In this document: positions 27,996-37,154 of the stretch, in pieces
Position numbering within the stretch: position 1 is the first letter of the stretch
Layout of the letters: every line of letters starts with the position of its first letter
Program-made: the position numbers and the translations under genes
The notes under the pieces: generated by a model
Databases searched by the model: none
Told to the model about the DNA's origin: nothing
What the model saw: only the letters and a program-made list of their open reading frames with translations
Origin: Minisyncoccota bacterium
GTDB lineage: Bacteria > Patescibacteriota > Minisyncoccia > Phycocordibacterales > WO2-35-19
Reading direction: 5' to 3'
DNA length: 64,000 nt
NCBI GenBank assembly: GCA_041664625.1
Contig: JBAYKK010000004.1
Coordinates: 2,343-66,342, forward strand

Positions 27996-28765
27996 ATCTT
28001 TTTGGATTTAAAACCTGTTAATTTTTCAAAGCGGTCAATGATTGTTTGGCAGTATTCAGAATCCAACTCGACCATAAAGCACCTTCTCTTCGTCTGTTCG
28101 CAAGCGATTAAATCGGTTCCTGAACCTCCAAAACCGGAATACACCAAGTCTCCAATATCGGTACTATTTAGAATTAGATGCCTCACGAGGCCAACCGGCT
28201 TCATAGTCGGATGCAGACTGCTTTTATTCGGCTTGGGGAAACAGAGTACCGATTTGTCCTTCGACTTCTTGAAGTCATGGGTGCCATACCAACCGAAAGC
28301 AATGAGTTCGTGCATTGGAAGATAATCTTTCCTGCCGATAACCGAGTGATTTTTGACCCAGATGAGGAGTTGAGAGAATGTGATTCCAGCTTCGGCCATA
28401 CCCTCCCTTAGAGCAAAAATCATTTTGTCCGAGTTGAAGATGTAGAAGCTATTTTTTCTTTCGAGATATGGCTTCACCGCTTCTATCCAGTCGTGAGTGA
28501 ATCTCCTATACTCGGCATCGCTCTGGATGTGGTCATTGACGATCACTTTATTTTTCAAAAGTGTTTTGAAATTCTGTTTGCTCTCCGCGACTGCTACGCC
28601 ATATGGCACATCGGTAATGACCGCTTTAATTTTCTCTTTGCCGATAAGTTTCTTTACCAATTCTTTGTCTCTTGCATCACCGCATGCAAGAAAGTGGGAT
28701 CCGAGTTGGAAAATATCGTCAACTTTAATTGAGCTTTTTGGCTTTGTTGCCGCTGATTTTTTCAT
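27992..28765 (-). CDS. DNA methyltransferase (N4/N6, PF01555-like)
   Basis: 257 aa; motif IV-like 'VITDVPYG'; AdoMet motif 'VYSGFGGSGTDLIACE'. Confidence 0.75.
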   Translation of the reverse strand: MKKSAATKPKSSIKVDDIFQLGSHFLACGDARDKELVKKLIGKEKIKAVITDVPYGVAVAESKQNFKTLLKNKVIVNDHIQSDAEYRRFTHDWIEAVKPYLERKNSFYIFNSDKMIFALREGMAEAGITFSQLLIWVKNHSVIGRKDYLPMHELIAFGWYGTHDFKKSKDKSVLCFPKPNKSSLHPTMKPVGLVRHLILNSTDIGDLVYSGFGGSGTDLIACEQTKRRCFMVELDSEYCQTIIDRFEKLTGFKSKKI

Positions 28766-29996
28766 ATCGATTGATTATTACTTGAGTAAATACTGGTTCT
28801 ACTTCTGCAAGGAAAGCTTGACGCTTCAATCCTTCGCAGGCGACCATAAGACTTCCTGATCCAGCGCAGAGATCCAAAATTACGTCTCCAACTTTGCTAC
28901 ACCTTCGGAAGGACTTCTCATACAAACTCGGTGGCTTCATGGTCGGATGTTCGTACTGATTTCCAGGCAATCTTTTGACCAACCATATTTGGAGCATGTC
29001 CAAAACATCGTCTATCAGACGATTACCGCTACCGATTTCTCGATTCATCACTTCGTTCAGATTTTTTACATTCTCAGAAAGGAATGGCTTGCCTTTGGTG
29101 CCGTACATACACAGCTCGACCGTTCGGTTAAAAGCCACCTGAGGAGTGGGGTTGTGCGATCCTTTAATCCACATGCAGAGCCTTTTGAAATTCACTCCTG
29201 ATTCTTTGAAGATGGTCTGGAAATTCCCAACATATTTTTCATCGAGCCAAGTGAAGACATGACAATTGTCCTTGCTAACCGATAGAGCGTTTAGGAGAAT
29301 GCTTTTAACAAAATGTTCGTATTCTGCCTCGGATTTTTTATCATTAGTCTTACCACCATAATTCTGCCTGCCTCCAAGCCCAGCCGAATAGTCGACCCCT
29401 ATGTTGTAAGGAAAATCTATATTTATAAGATCCACCTTTTCTTTACCAAGAAGCTTCTCGATATTTTTTGATTCAGTACTGTCTCCACAAAGAAGTCGGT
29501 GATGTCCAAGCTGAAAAAGATCCCCAGATTTTATAGAGGTCTTTTTTGCTTTTTCTATCTCCTCCTCAACATCTAGCTCGTCATCCTCGATTGAGAGATT
29601 CTCGTCCCAGATGTGGCTCAAATCTTCGTTTTCAAAACCGACATCAAGCAACATGTTTATATCGAAGGATTTAAGGAGATCAAAATCCCAAGCCCCCTGA
29701 TTGGCATTCATGCGGAGCAGAAGCTCACGCTCTTTTTCCTCACTTGGGATATTAAGGTATATGACAGGCACGGTCTCGTATTCAAGCTCTTTCGCCATCT
29801 CTAAGCGAAAGTGGCCAGAGATCAGGCAACCCTTTCTTTTTGGAGATGAATTGACCAGAAGTGGCTCCGTTAAACCGTGCCGTTTTATACTTTCCTTTAG
29901 ATCACTTCTGGCCTTTTCGCTCCAGTATCGCGGATTATTTGGAGATGGTATAATGCAACTAACAGACACATATTCTACTTTCAATTTTTGATTCAT
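28725..29996 (-). CDS. ParB-like nuclease domain fused to DNA methyltransferase (N4/N6)
   Basis: 423 aa; N-terminal ParB/Srx 'IIPSPNNPRYWSEKARSDLKESIKRHGLTEPLLV'; 'NIDFPYNIG' motif IV; 'ILDLCAGSGSLMVACE' AdoMet site. Confidence 0.8.
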   Translation of the reverse strand: MNQKLKVEYVSVSCIIPSPNNPRYWSEKARSDLKESIKRHGLTEPLLVNSSPKRKGCLISGHFRLEMAKELEYETVPVIYLNIPSEEKERELLLRMNANQGAWDFDLLKSFDINMLLDVGFENEDLSHIWDENLSIEDDELDVEEEIEKAKKTSIKSGDLFQLGHHRLLCGDSTESKNIEKLLGKEKVDLINIDFPYNIGVDYSAGLGGRQNYGGKTNDKKSEAEYEHFVKSILLNALSVSKDNCHVFTWLDEKYVGNFQTIFKESGVNFKRLCMWIKGSHNPTPQVAFNRTVELCMYGTKGKPFLSENVKNLNEVMNREIGSGNRLIDDVLDMLQIWLVKRLPGNQYEHPTMKPPSLYEKSFRRCSKVGDVILDLCAGSGSLMVACEGLKRQAFLAEVEPVFTQVIINRYEKISGNKAKKLN

Positions 29997-30077
29997 AAAT
30001 TTCCTGATAAAACTAATAAAGTCGTAACGAAGTGTTACGACTTTATTGAATCAAACTCAAAAATATGTTCTGGGATT

Positions 30078-30932
30078 TTATTCGGTACTTTTCCCCAGAT
30101 CTTTTTTGTATCTTTTTTGTCTTAGCTCTCGAAGTTCTCTTGGTACCTCGTAAACCTGATCCGATCTAATCCTTTTGCCAGTATCGCACTTAACATTTTC
30201 CGCAATTTCTTTAGCGCTTAACTTGTAATATTCCTGATCACCCTCGTTAAATACCTCTCTATTTTGGTGATAGCGATCAATCACTATTTTCGTATCAATA
30301 TCTTTAAGAGGACTAAAGGACGGTAGATCTTTCCCCACTAAATCATTGATGTAATATTTAAGGTGCTTAAGATCGGCGTCGGTCAGCTTCATATAAAATT
30401 TGATGGTTACAGATTTTTCTCCCTTCCTTCTGTTTTCGTCGCGTATCTCCACAAATGGAATGATGGGCGTATTTGATATCTCGTTATATAAAATGTAGTG
30501 ATAGATTGGGTTGTGATAACTTGATGGCACATTAAAATCTTTTATAATGAAATCAATTTGGCGAGTGAAATAATTGACTGGCAATGGATCATGTAATTTA
30601 TATGTCATCTCGTCGTGTTGTTTTTGGTTGATTTCTCCGGCGTTAAGCTGTTGCCTCAGATTTTTTAATTTTTTCCAAAAATCATTGTCCGCCATACTTT
30701 CTGAACGGCTACACATTTCTCTATACCATTTTGCACATTTATCATCTCTATCTGGTGTTTCTTTATCAAATCCACCCAGCGGTAATTTCAAATATTCCCG
30801 TATCTTTTTGATACGGCTCTGGAACTCAAGATCCGAAAAAAGAAGCTTGATATCATCCAAGATTCTTCTTTTGGCTGGAAAGTGCATGTCCTTGTTAGAT
30901 CTTTTCTTTAGCATATTTCCATTATACCGCAT
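30078..30932 (-). CDS. Hypothetical protein (prophage-associated)
   Basis: 284 aa, Lys/Asp-rich, no recognisable family. Confidence 0.35.
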   Translation of the reverse strand: MRYNGNMLKKRSNKDMHFPAKRRILDDIKLLFSDLEFQSRIKKIREYLKLPLGGFDKETPDRDDKCAKWYREMCSRSESMADNDFWKKLKNLRQQLNAGEINQKQHDEMTYKLHDPLPVNYFTRQIDFIIKDFNVPSSYHNPIYHYILYNEISNTPIIPFVEIRDENRRKGEKSVTIKFYMKLTDADLKHLKYYINDLVGKDLPSFSPLKDIDTKIVIDRYHQNREVFNEGDQEYYKLSAKEIAENVKCDTGKRIRSDQVYEVPRELRELRQKRYKKDLGKSTE

Positions 30933-31240
30933 ACAAAATTAGACACTGCACCTGATCCTTAAGGAGTGTCTAATCTGTCTAATTCTAAAATTTAGAGCTG
31001 ACTGAGACCCTTAAACGTGTTATATTGAAATTACCTCAAAGGTCTTTACGGTGCCCCACCTATGGAGGTACCAGACTGGAGAGGGGCACAAATTAAATGA
31101 CTGGATTTTTCCAGTCTTTTTAATTTGTGCTGGGAGAAAGCAAACTGCTTTGCTTTCGTGAGAGGACGCGAAAACCTTGAGTATATTTTCGAGAAGCTTT
31201 GCTTTGAGAAAATACGAAAGGTGTACAGATTCTGTAAGAA

Positions 31241-31264
31241 TCAAGATTCCTCTCCCCGGCACAA
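31241..31264 (+). repeat. attR-like partial copy of tRNA-Leu(TAG) 3' end
   Basis: 'tcaagattcctctccccggcacaa' matches 7515-7536; GC-rich 17-mer in AT-rich DNA, direct orientation, 23.7 kb from the tRNA. Confidence 0.55.
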
Positions 31265-31300
31265 AATTGTTTTTTAAAATCAAATGTGATATAATACATT

Positions 31301-31738
31301 TAGGTTTTCATTTCGACAACTACTATCGGGTCGCCTTCGCTCTTACAGAGCTTTGGCGGACTAATAGAGGAAAGTCCGAACACATACCAATTCTGTCTAC
31401 TTATTGTAAACAAAATTGGAATAGTAGCGGGTAACACCCGTCGTCCGCGAGGATAGAGATGCGAACAGTGACGCCAAAGCCGAAAGGCAGAGGGTTCCCT
31501 GTCTGCCGACAAGGCAGGCCTAGTGGAATAATCCAATGGCAACATTGGGGTGCAACGGCTAAATTCTTACTTGTGTGCAAGGCCGTGTCGCCTACTCTTT
31601 ATTTTAAAGGATAGGTGAAGTGCCGCTTGATCCGTCTGGTAACAGACGAGACAGATAAATTGTTGTTAAACCTGCCTTCGCTAAAAGCTTCGGCGTGGTA
31701 AACCAGAATTCGGCTTATGAGAATGAAAACCTGAAATA
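31301..31738 (+). ncRNA. rnpB: RNase P RNA
   Basis: P4 strands 'AGAGGAAAGUCCGAAC' and 'ACCAGAAUUCGGCUUAU' (consensus GGAAAGUCCGGGC / ACAGAACCCGGCUUA); 'GCGGGUAACACCCG' and 'GGUGAAGUGCCGC' conserved blocks; P1 pairing GGUUUUCAUUUC/GAAUGAAAACC; TG-extended -10 'TGTGATATAAT' at 31286-31296; terminator 31741-31775. Confidence 0.75.
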
Positions 31739-31740
31739 TG

Positions 31741-31775
31741 CAAAAACCGTCCGCAAGGTCGGTTTTTGCATTTCA
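31741..31775 (+). terminator. Intrinsic terminator of rnpB
   Basis: AAACCGUCC-GCAA-GGUCGGUUUUUG hairpin (GNRA loop) followed by U-run. Confidence 0.6.
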
Positions 31776-31806
31776 TTAAATATCTTAGCTTGCATTTTTT
31801 TCTATA

Positions 31807-31853
31807 TGTGATATAATTATGGACGAATTTAGATCTTTGAAAGGAACGGCAAC
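31807..31853 (+). promoter_or_regulatory. Conserved promoter/leader motif (copy 1) TGTGATATAATT-N-ACGAATTTAGATCTTTGAAAGGA
   Basis: Near-identical 45-nt element recurs at 33136-33181 upstream of the next gene; TG-extended -10 and AAAGGA SD. Confidence 0.5.
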
Positions 31854-33068
31854 ATGATTGTAGTAACCTTCTTGTTGGTCTTTTTGGGATTTGCAGCGTT
31901 GTTTTCTCTACTCTTTTACTGGGCTGGCGCCGCCATCAAACGGCAGGCCAACAAACCCATCAAACGGTTTTTTGCTCCTGTCCCCCGTCCTGGTAGTTTC
32001 AGTTTTGTAACTAACGAGGGCAGAGTGGAAGACGTCTTCGAAAACGTCGTAGGTTGGAGCTTGGAAACGATCAAGGACAGACGCCTGTTTACGTTAGGTA
32101 AAAATAACAACGCAGGCTTTTTGGAAAAAAATCTTGGAGTGAAGTGGATAGGCCCGTATCCAACCATCAAATCATTCAGTGATTGGGAATGGTCGGAATT
32201 GCAGGAGAGAGAAGTAGAGGAAGACGGAAAGAAAGTTATAAAATACGAAATAACAACTCGTAAAGCAAACGTTTCTGATTTCTTCTTCCAGTTCTCTCAC
32301 CCAATCAGGACAGAAGCCATCGAGATACTCGGCAACACTCAAGTTGCCCTGACCATGCTCATCACTGTTCTCAACTTGGATCCGGAACGGGCTCAGTTCT
32401 TGAATAAAGACCCTGCCATTCTTTTAGCTGGCATGATCCAGTCAACCATCAAGTCGTACATCTGCGACATGAGTTTTGATGAGATAAAGAGGATGACAGG
32501 AACAGCAACCAGAGGACAACAACAAGACCAAGACCAGAAACTCTGGGACAAATTGAAAGCCCTCAATGGTCTCGAGATGGGTGAAAAAGGCAACCCGATG
32601 TATGAAACTGAGGACCCACTTGGGGTCTTTGGTAAACTTGGTAAGTTCATTGTTCGTGGTGAAATTATCCAAGTCGAAGCAGTCGGGGCAGCCGCGGCCG
32701 CAATCGAGGCAGAAAAGATCGCCGAACTCAAAGGTAACGCCGACATCAAAGCGGCTGAAAAAACCGGCGACGCTTTGATAATGAGCGCTAAAAAAAGGAA
32801 GGAGGCTGCAGTGCTCGATGCTGCAGCTCAACGGACTCTGAACGAGCAGAATGCCGGATATTTTGCTTCGCTCCCTGGCGGTGACAGGATGTTTGTGGCT
32901 GCCCAACTGGCAGGCAAAGATTCTGACGTCACCACTTGGGTAGAAGGGGGGAACGACACAAAGGTGACAATACCTTTGCCTATGGCTCCACCCAAACCAA
33001 AGGAACCGGAAGGAGTTCCACCTGCAACAACGACAGAACCCCAAAACAAAAAGCCCAAAAAAGCTTGA
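31854..33068 (+). CDS. Membrane-anchored protein, possibly SPFH/band-7 (flotillin-like), with Ala/Glu-rich coiled-coil and Pro-rich C-terminus
   Basis: 404 aa; N-terminal TM; central region and 'AAAAAIEAEKIAELKGNADIKAAEK' resemble flotillin-type SPFH proteins; assignment tentative. Confidence 0.4.
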   Translation: MIVVTFLLVFLGFAALFSLLFYWAGAAIKRQANKPIKRFFAPVPRPGSFSFVTNEGRVEDVFENVVGWSLETIKDRRLFTLGKNNNAGFLEKNLGVKWIGPYPTIKSFSDWEWSELQEREVEEDGKKVIKYEITTRKANVSDFFFQFSHPIRTEAIEILGNTQVALTMLITVLNLDPERAQFLNKDPAILLAGMIQSTIKSYICDMSFDEIKRMTGTATRGQQQDQDQKLWDKLKALNGLEMGEKGNPMYETEDPLGVFGKLGKFIVRGEIIQVEAVGAAAAAIEAEKIAELKGNADIKAAEKTGDALIMSAKKRKEAAVLDAAAQRTLNEQNAGYFASLPGGDRMFVAAQLAGKDSDVTTWVEGGNDTKVTIPLPMAPPKPKEPEGVPPATTTEPQNKKPKKA

Positions 33069-33135
33069 CTCATGCTGTCTATATTCGCACCCCCACTGGA
33101 TTCGTCCTTTGGGGGTTGCTTTTTTATATTGAATA

Positions 33136-33181
33136 TGATATAATTGTAAACGAATTTAGATCTTTGAAAGGAGACAACCGT
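33136..33181 (+). promoter_or_regulatory. Conserved promoter/leader motif (copy 2)
   Basis: TGATATAATT ... ACGAATTTAGATCTTTGAAAGGAG ... ATG. Confidence 0.5.
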
Positions 33182-34411
33182 ATGAAGAGAGTAGCAGGTA
33201 TAATCATACTACTTGCGCTAATCGGAGCGTTCGTTTTTTCTCCCTCAATCAACGACTCAATCAAAGAGAGTCAAAAAACTGAGGAAGTTCAAAAATCCGC
33301 TCAAAAAACAAATGGAACGACCACAGACACTCAGACAGAAAAAACCCCTTCGACTTTTGGTTGGGCGTTCTCCTTCTTGGTTTTGGTAGGGATACTGATC
33401 ACGATCATCGTGATGACCTACAGAGACAAGCGCGGAACTGGCGCTAGTGTCCCGTGGGGCGACATTTTGTCGCAACCAGTCTTCATTGCCGTATTGGGGG
33501 TGGTGATACTCAACGCTTTGGCGAGTCTTTTCATCTACCCTACTTGGCGGTGGTTTTGGGATCATCAGACTTTGTTTTGGGGCACAAATATCGCACTTGT
33601 GATTTTTGTGCACTTCACGACGAAGAAAGAGCCCTACGCCAAATTTGTCTCTGGTGGGATTGGCTTGCTCATCCTCATGGGATTTGCGACCACTCTCTAC
33701 AGAGAACACATCGATGTTTGGTGGACAAAAAAGACTCAAAAAAACACCCAGACCAAAAGTCTGGCCTCTAGCTTGACCTACAGGGTGCCGGTGGAGGTGG
33801 CCAAGAAGGTGATTTGTGAATGTGAATCTGGGTGCCGACAGTTTGAGGTCGATAAAGACGGCAAATTTATCACCGACACTAACGGCAATAAGATCCCCTA
33901 CAAAAACCGGGGTATTCCTCAAAAGAATATCCCCCCATCGAGTGCGTTTGGTAAGTACCAGTTTTTGGAGGTTCATCGTGAACCAGCCAAGAAATTGGAT
34001 TGGGATCTAAACACCGAAGAGGGCCAGGAACAATACTTCGAGTACCTGTACGGGAAAGAAGGTTTTGGCCCTTGGGACTTCGACGAAGAGTACGGTGGAG
34101 GCCGGGCCTGCTGGGGGCCAAAGCTCGCGGCGCTGGGGTACGGAGCTCAAGAAAGTCCCGAATTGCTCGGTGTCGTGGATGTCCCGTCCAGCGAATGGAG
34201 CGATGTGGTGGTGAACACCTATCTCTCCAAGATCGGCTGGGGCAGACTCGACACGAGCAAAGGTGGGGTCTGCGAAGTGATGATGGATGGAGACTCCCAA
34301 AAAGTCTTCGATATCAAAGGTAACCACCCAGAGATCACTCCCCGATCGGTGCAGTTCAAATGCACCGAAAAAGGAGCCATAGTTCGAGTTCGGAGAGTTC
34401 CGAACACCTAA
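33182..34411 (+). CDS. Membrane protein with GC-rich C-terminal extracellular domain (possible cell-wall hydrolase-like)
   Basis: 409 aa from ATG at 33182 (ORF finder start 32936 lies upstream of the conserved promoter); 4-5 TM helices; C-terminal Cys/Trp-rich domain; local GC clearly above window average. Confidence 0.4.
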   Translation: MKRVAGIIILLALIGAFVFSPSINDSIKESQKTEEVQKSAQKTNGTTTDTQTEKTPSTFGWAFSFLVLVGILITIIVMTYRDKRGTGASVPWGDILSQPVFIAVLGVVILNALASLFIYPTWRWFWDHQTLFWGTNIALVIFVHFTTKKEPYAKFVSGGIGLLILMGFATTLYREHIDVWWTKKTQKNTQTKSLASSLTYRVPVEVAKKVICECESGCRQFEVDKDGKFITDTNGNKIPYKNRGIPQKNIPPSSAFGKYQFLEVHREPAKKLDWDLNTEEGQEQYFEYLYGKEGFGPWDFDEEYGGGRACWGPKLAALGYGAQESPELLGVVDVPSSEWSDVVVNTYLSKIGWGRLDTSKGGVCEVMMDGDSQKVFDIKGNHPEITPRSVQFKCTEKGAIVRVRRVPNT

Positions 34412-34439
34412 CGGGGGAGCGCAAGCTCCCCTATATTTT

Positions 34440-34778
34440 TTAACAGAAAAATCGGCCGTCACACGATATATCAAAAGTAGCCAAAACTAAACGCAAAATA
34501 CCGTAGACACTAAACATTATGAAAAGACCGATCACTCCCCACTTCACATTGTCTCTGTTTTTGGTCAAGTCACTACTGTCGGCTTTATAAATCATCTCAG
34601 CTATACCATAAAACAAAAAAACTGTAGCAATTGTAAAACCTAAAATAATAAGTGGATTTAAAATGAGAGTAGCTATTTTTCCCAAAAGCTCGGTGATTGA
34701 AAGCATAGATATATTATAACACCCCGTAGTAGATTTTTGCATAGCACTTTGTGTGCAAAACACAATGCAAAAATTCAC
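34440..34778 (-). CDS. Small two-TM protein, VirB2/TrbC-pilin-like topology (paralog 1 of 7)
   Basis: Hydrophobic N-segment, charged loop, conserved C-terminal TM 'KWGVIGLFIMFSVYGILRLV'. Confidence 0.4.
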   Translation of the reverse strand: MNFCIVFCTQSAMQKSTTGCYNISMLSITELLGKIATLILNPLIILGFTIATVFLFYGIAEMIYKADSSDLTKNRDNVKWGVIGLFIMFSVYGILRLVLATFDISCDGRFFC

Positions 34779-34880
34779 TACGGGGTAACAAACTCCCCCA
34801 AAGCAAGCAAACTAAAGTGTGGCACAACTAAACAAAAACCCCGAGAACATCGGGGTTTTTGTTATTCAGATTTAACTAAA

Positions 34881-35219
34881 TTAATTAGGTATAAGAGGAC
34901 TTACTGAAGGCGCAGCCTCTTCGTCGATACCGACAGCTGTACCGATAAATCTCACCAAACCCCAAACTGAAGCCATGACGAATAGAGCCACAACTCCCCA
35001 AATCATAGTTTTCTTAGCAGCATCTTTGTCGTCTTCTTTGCCAAAAATGTATTTGACCAAACCGTAGAAGAAACCAAGAAGGGCCAAAGCAAACATAATC
35101 GGAATGATTTTGTTTATGATATTGCCGATATCAGTGATCAAACCATCAATGTTGCCCAAAGCGGCAAAAGAAGTAAGAGGTAAAGCCAAAGCTAAACCAG
35201 TCCACATTAATTTTTTCAT
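34881..35219 (-). CDS. Small two-TM protein, VirB2/TrbC-pilin-like (paralog 2)
   Basis: Signal peptide; 'MIWGVVALFVMASVWGLVRFI' conserved C-terminal TM. Confidence 0.4.
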   Translation of the reverse strand: MKKLMWTGLALALPLTSFAALGNIDGLITDIGNIINKIIPIMFALALLGFFYGLVKYIFGKEDDKDAAKKTMIWGVVALFVMASVWGLVRFIGTAVGIDEEAAPSVSPLIPN

Positions 35220-35330
35220 CTTTTTTTTGTAATTAATAATTAATAAATTTTAATAATTAAATAAACGACCTATTTTAATTTATTTCATAATACAACTTTT
35301 TACACACAAACTCAATGAAGTAATCCACAG

Positions 35331-35693
35331 CTAAATATTACTACTACCACCACTACCTATAGTTGGTATTGGTATACTAGAGTTATTGGTAATATTAAAT
35401 TCCTCCTGAATAAATCTTACTAAACCCCAAACTGAAGCCATGACGAAGAGAGCAACAACTCCCCAAATCATTATCTGTCTACCCTCAGCTTTGGCTGTAC
35501 CTTCAGACCATATGTATTTGGCCACACCCCAGAAAAAGAAAAACAAAGCCAAAGTAAAAACGAGAGGGATGAGCACATCGGTAACCATAGTTTTTAAATT
35601 TGTAAAAAATGTGCTGGTTTCCCCTAGAGCTTCAGCAGAAGCCAAGACTGGTAAAACTGTTAAGGTTAAAACAAAATAAAACTTTTTTAACAT
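35331..35693 (-). CDS. Small two-TM protein, VirB2/TrbC-pilin-like (paralog 3)
   Basis: Signal peptide; 'IMIWGVVALFVMASVWGLVRFI' identical C-terminal TM to paralog 2. Confidence 0.4.
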   Translation of the reverse strand: MLKKFYFVLTLTVLPVLASAEALGETSTFFTNLKTMVTDVLIPLVFTLALFFFFWGVAKYIWSEGTAKAEGRQIMIWGVVALFVMASVWGLVRFIQEEFNITNNSSIPIPTIGSGGSSNI

Positions 35694-35722
35694 AAATTTT
35701 AAATACTAATAATTATAATTTG

Positions 35723-35995
35723 TTACTGTTTGCTTACACTTCCTATACCTGGTATACCCAGCTCGACTTGTATAAATTTAATTATACCCCAGATAGAAAA
35801 AGCTACAAACAACCCGACGATGCCCCAGACCATGACTTTTTTGCCTTCTTCGGCTGCTTTGTCGCCTGCCGCCCCGCTTCTTATATATTTGGCTACGCCC
35901 CAGAAAAAATAAAACAAACACAAGGCAAAAGCCAAGGGTATTAGCACATTTTTCACTATCCCAAACGCTGCGTCTATTATATCTATAATTCCCAT
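35723..35995 (-). CDS. Small two-TM protein, VirB2/TrbC-pilin-like (paralog 4)
   Basis: 'VMVWGIVGLFVAFSIWGIIKFI' C-terminal TM. Confidence 0.4.
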   Translation of the reverse strand: MGIIDIIDAAFGIVKNVLIPLAFALCLFYFFWGVAKYIRSGAAGDKAAEEGKKVMVWGIVGLFVAFSIWGIIKFIQVELGIPGIGSVSKQ

Positions 35996-36009
35996 ATTTT
36001 ATTTTTTAA

Positions 36010-36312
36010 TTATTTTTTTAAATCTTTTGGTATTTGAGGAATAAGTGGAGTGGTGCCATTTCTAAAACCAAATTCTCCTTGTAAAAAGTAAACAATCCCC
36101 CAAATCGTAACCATGACAAACATCCCTACCACCCCCCAAATAAGCAGATTTTTGCTGTCTTTGATTTCCTTTTCACTACCAGCCGAATTGATATATCTGG
36201 CCACTCCATAGACGAATGCCAAAAATGCCACCGCTCCCAAAAATGGTACGAGTTTGAGCCCGATACTGGTAAATAAATTTATGATACCTGCTAAACCATC
36301 GTTTGGATTCAT
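36010..36312 (-). CDS. Small two-TM protein, VirB2/TrbC-pilin-like (paralog 5)
   Basis: 'LLIWGVVGMFVMVTIWGIVYFL' C-terminal TM. Confidence 0.4.
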   Translation of the reverse strand: MNPNDGLAGIINLFTSIGLKLVPFLGAVAFLAFVYGVARYINSAGSEKEIKDSKNLLIWGVVGMFVMVTIWGIVYFLQGEFGFRNGTTPLIPQIPKDLKK

Positions 36313-36318
36313 TTTGTT

Positions 36319-36738
36319 TTATGTTTTTAATTGATCAATCGTGGTACCAATAGCTTTAGAAATAACCGAAGCCCCGAGAAGTATAGCCGCCCCGACCACT
36401 GCCCACGTCAAAGCATCAGTGGCTTTTTTGATTTGACTAGTATCGCCTCTGGCGGTCACATACATAAATCCGGCATACATGATCATCACGACCGCTACTA
36501 CCCCACCCACCGGCATCAAAATATCGTTTATTATGGTCTCTATCAGGCCTTGGATACTATCAAGCTTGAAAGGATTTTTGATTATTATATTCATAGCCGG
36601 AGGTTTGCCCGCACCACCTTCATCACCACCTCCACCACCCTCTTGACCATTCACAAACAAAGGTGTAATCAAAATAGCTAGCATCAAGAAGCTTACGAAA
36701 TAACTTAAAATATTTTTGGCTTTATGAGATTTAAACAT
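36319..36738 (-). CDS. Small two-TM protein with Gly-rich linker, VirB2/TrbC-pilin-like (paralog 6)
   Basis: 139 aa; signal peptide, GGGGGDEGGAG linker, two hydrophobic helices. Confidence 0.35.
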   Translation of the reverse strand: MFKSHKAKNILSYFVSFLMLAILITPLFVNGQEGGGGGDEGGAGKPPAMNIIIKNPFKLDSIQGLIETIINDILMPVGGVVAVVMIMYAGFMYVTARGDTSQIKKATDALTWAVVGAAILLGASVISKAIGTTIDQLKT

Positions 36739-36758
36739 ATTTATATTATTTATTAATT

Positions 36759-37154
36759 TTATTTGACTCCTTCTACTGATGGGTTGGCCTTGAAATTTTC
36801 CCCACCATTATTACTTCCATCACTTAAAAGACTGTTGGTAATAGTGGTTACGATAATCCAAGCGGCCAAAATAGCCACGAAACCTATAAAAACTTTTTGC
36901 ATCATCGCTTTGGCAGCTGATTTTTGATCCGAAATACCAGTCGTCATATAAGTGAAGCCAGCCCAAGCAAATACTCCGGCTGCCACCGGCACCGATATCA
37001 TTATAATCCAATTTATAATGTTGTTTACCAATTGCATCAGATCATTATACCCACAATTTGGACTACAATTTGGTACAAAAGCTCCTTGAGCAAAAACAAA
37101 GATAGGTAGAATGATTAATGAAAAAACTAAAATATTTTTAATTAAAAACTTCAT
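36759..37154 (-). CDS. Small two-TM protein with Cys pair, VirB2/TrbC-pilin-like (paralog 7)
   Basis: 131 aa; signal peptide; 'CSPNCGY' motif; two hydrophobic helices. Confidence 0.35.
   Translation of the reverse strand: MKFLIKNILVFSLIILPIFVFAQGAFVPNCSPNCGYNDLMQLVNNIINWIIMISVPVAAGVFAWAGFTYMTTGISDQKSAAKAMMQKVFIGFVAILAAWIIVTTITNSLLSDGSNNGGENFKANPSVEGVK

Noticed and set aside
31020-31545. Small ORFs 31020-31283, 31177-31434, 31300-31545
   Set aside because: They overlap the attR-like repeat and the RNase P RNA gene, so a non-coding interpretation is preferred.
33454-34474. Cluster of overlapping ORFs on both strands (33454-33771, 33879-34121, 34000-34323, 34007-34474)
   Set aside because: This is an artefact of locally elevated GC within CDS 33182-34411; none has an independent start context or homology.
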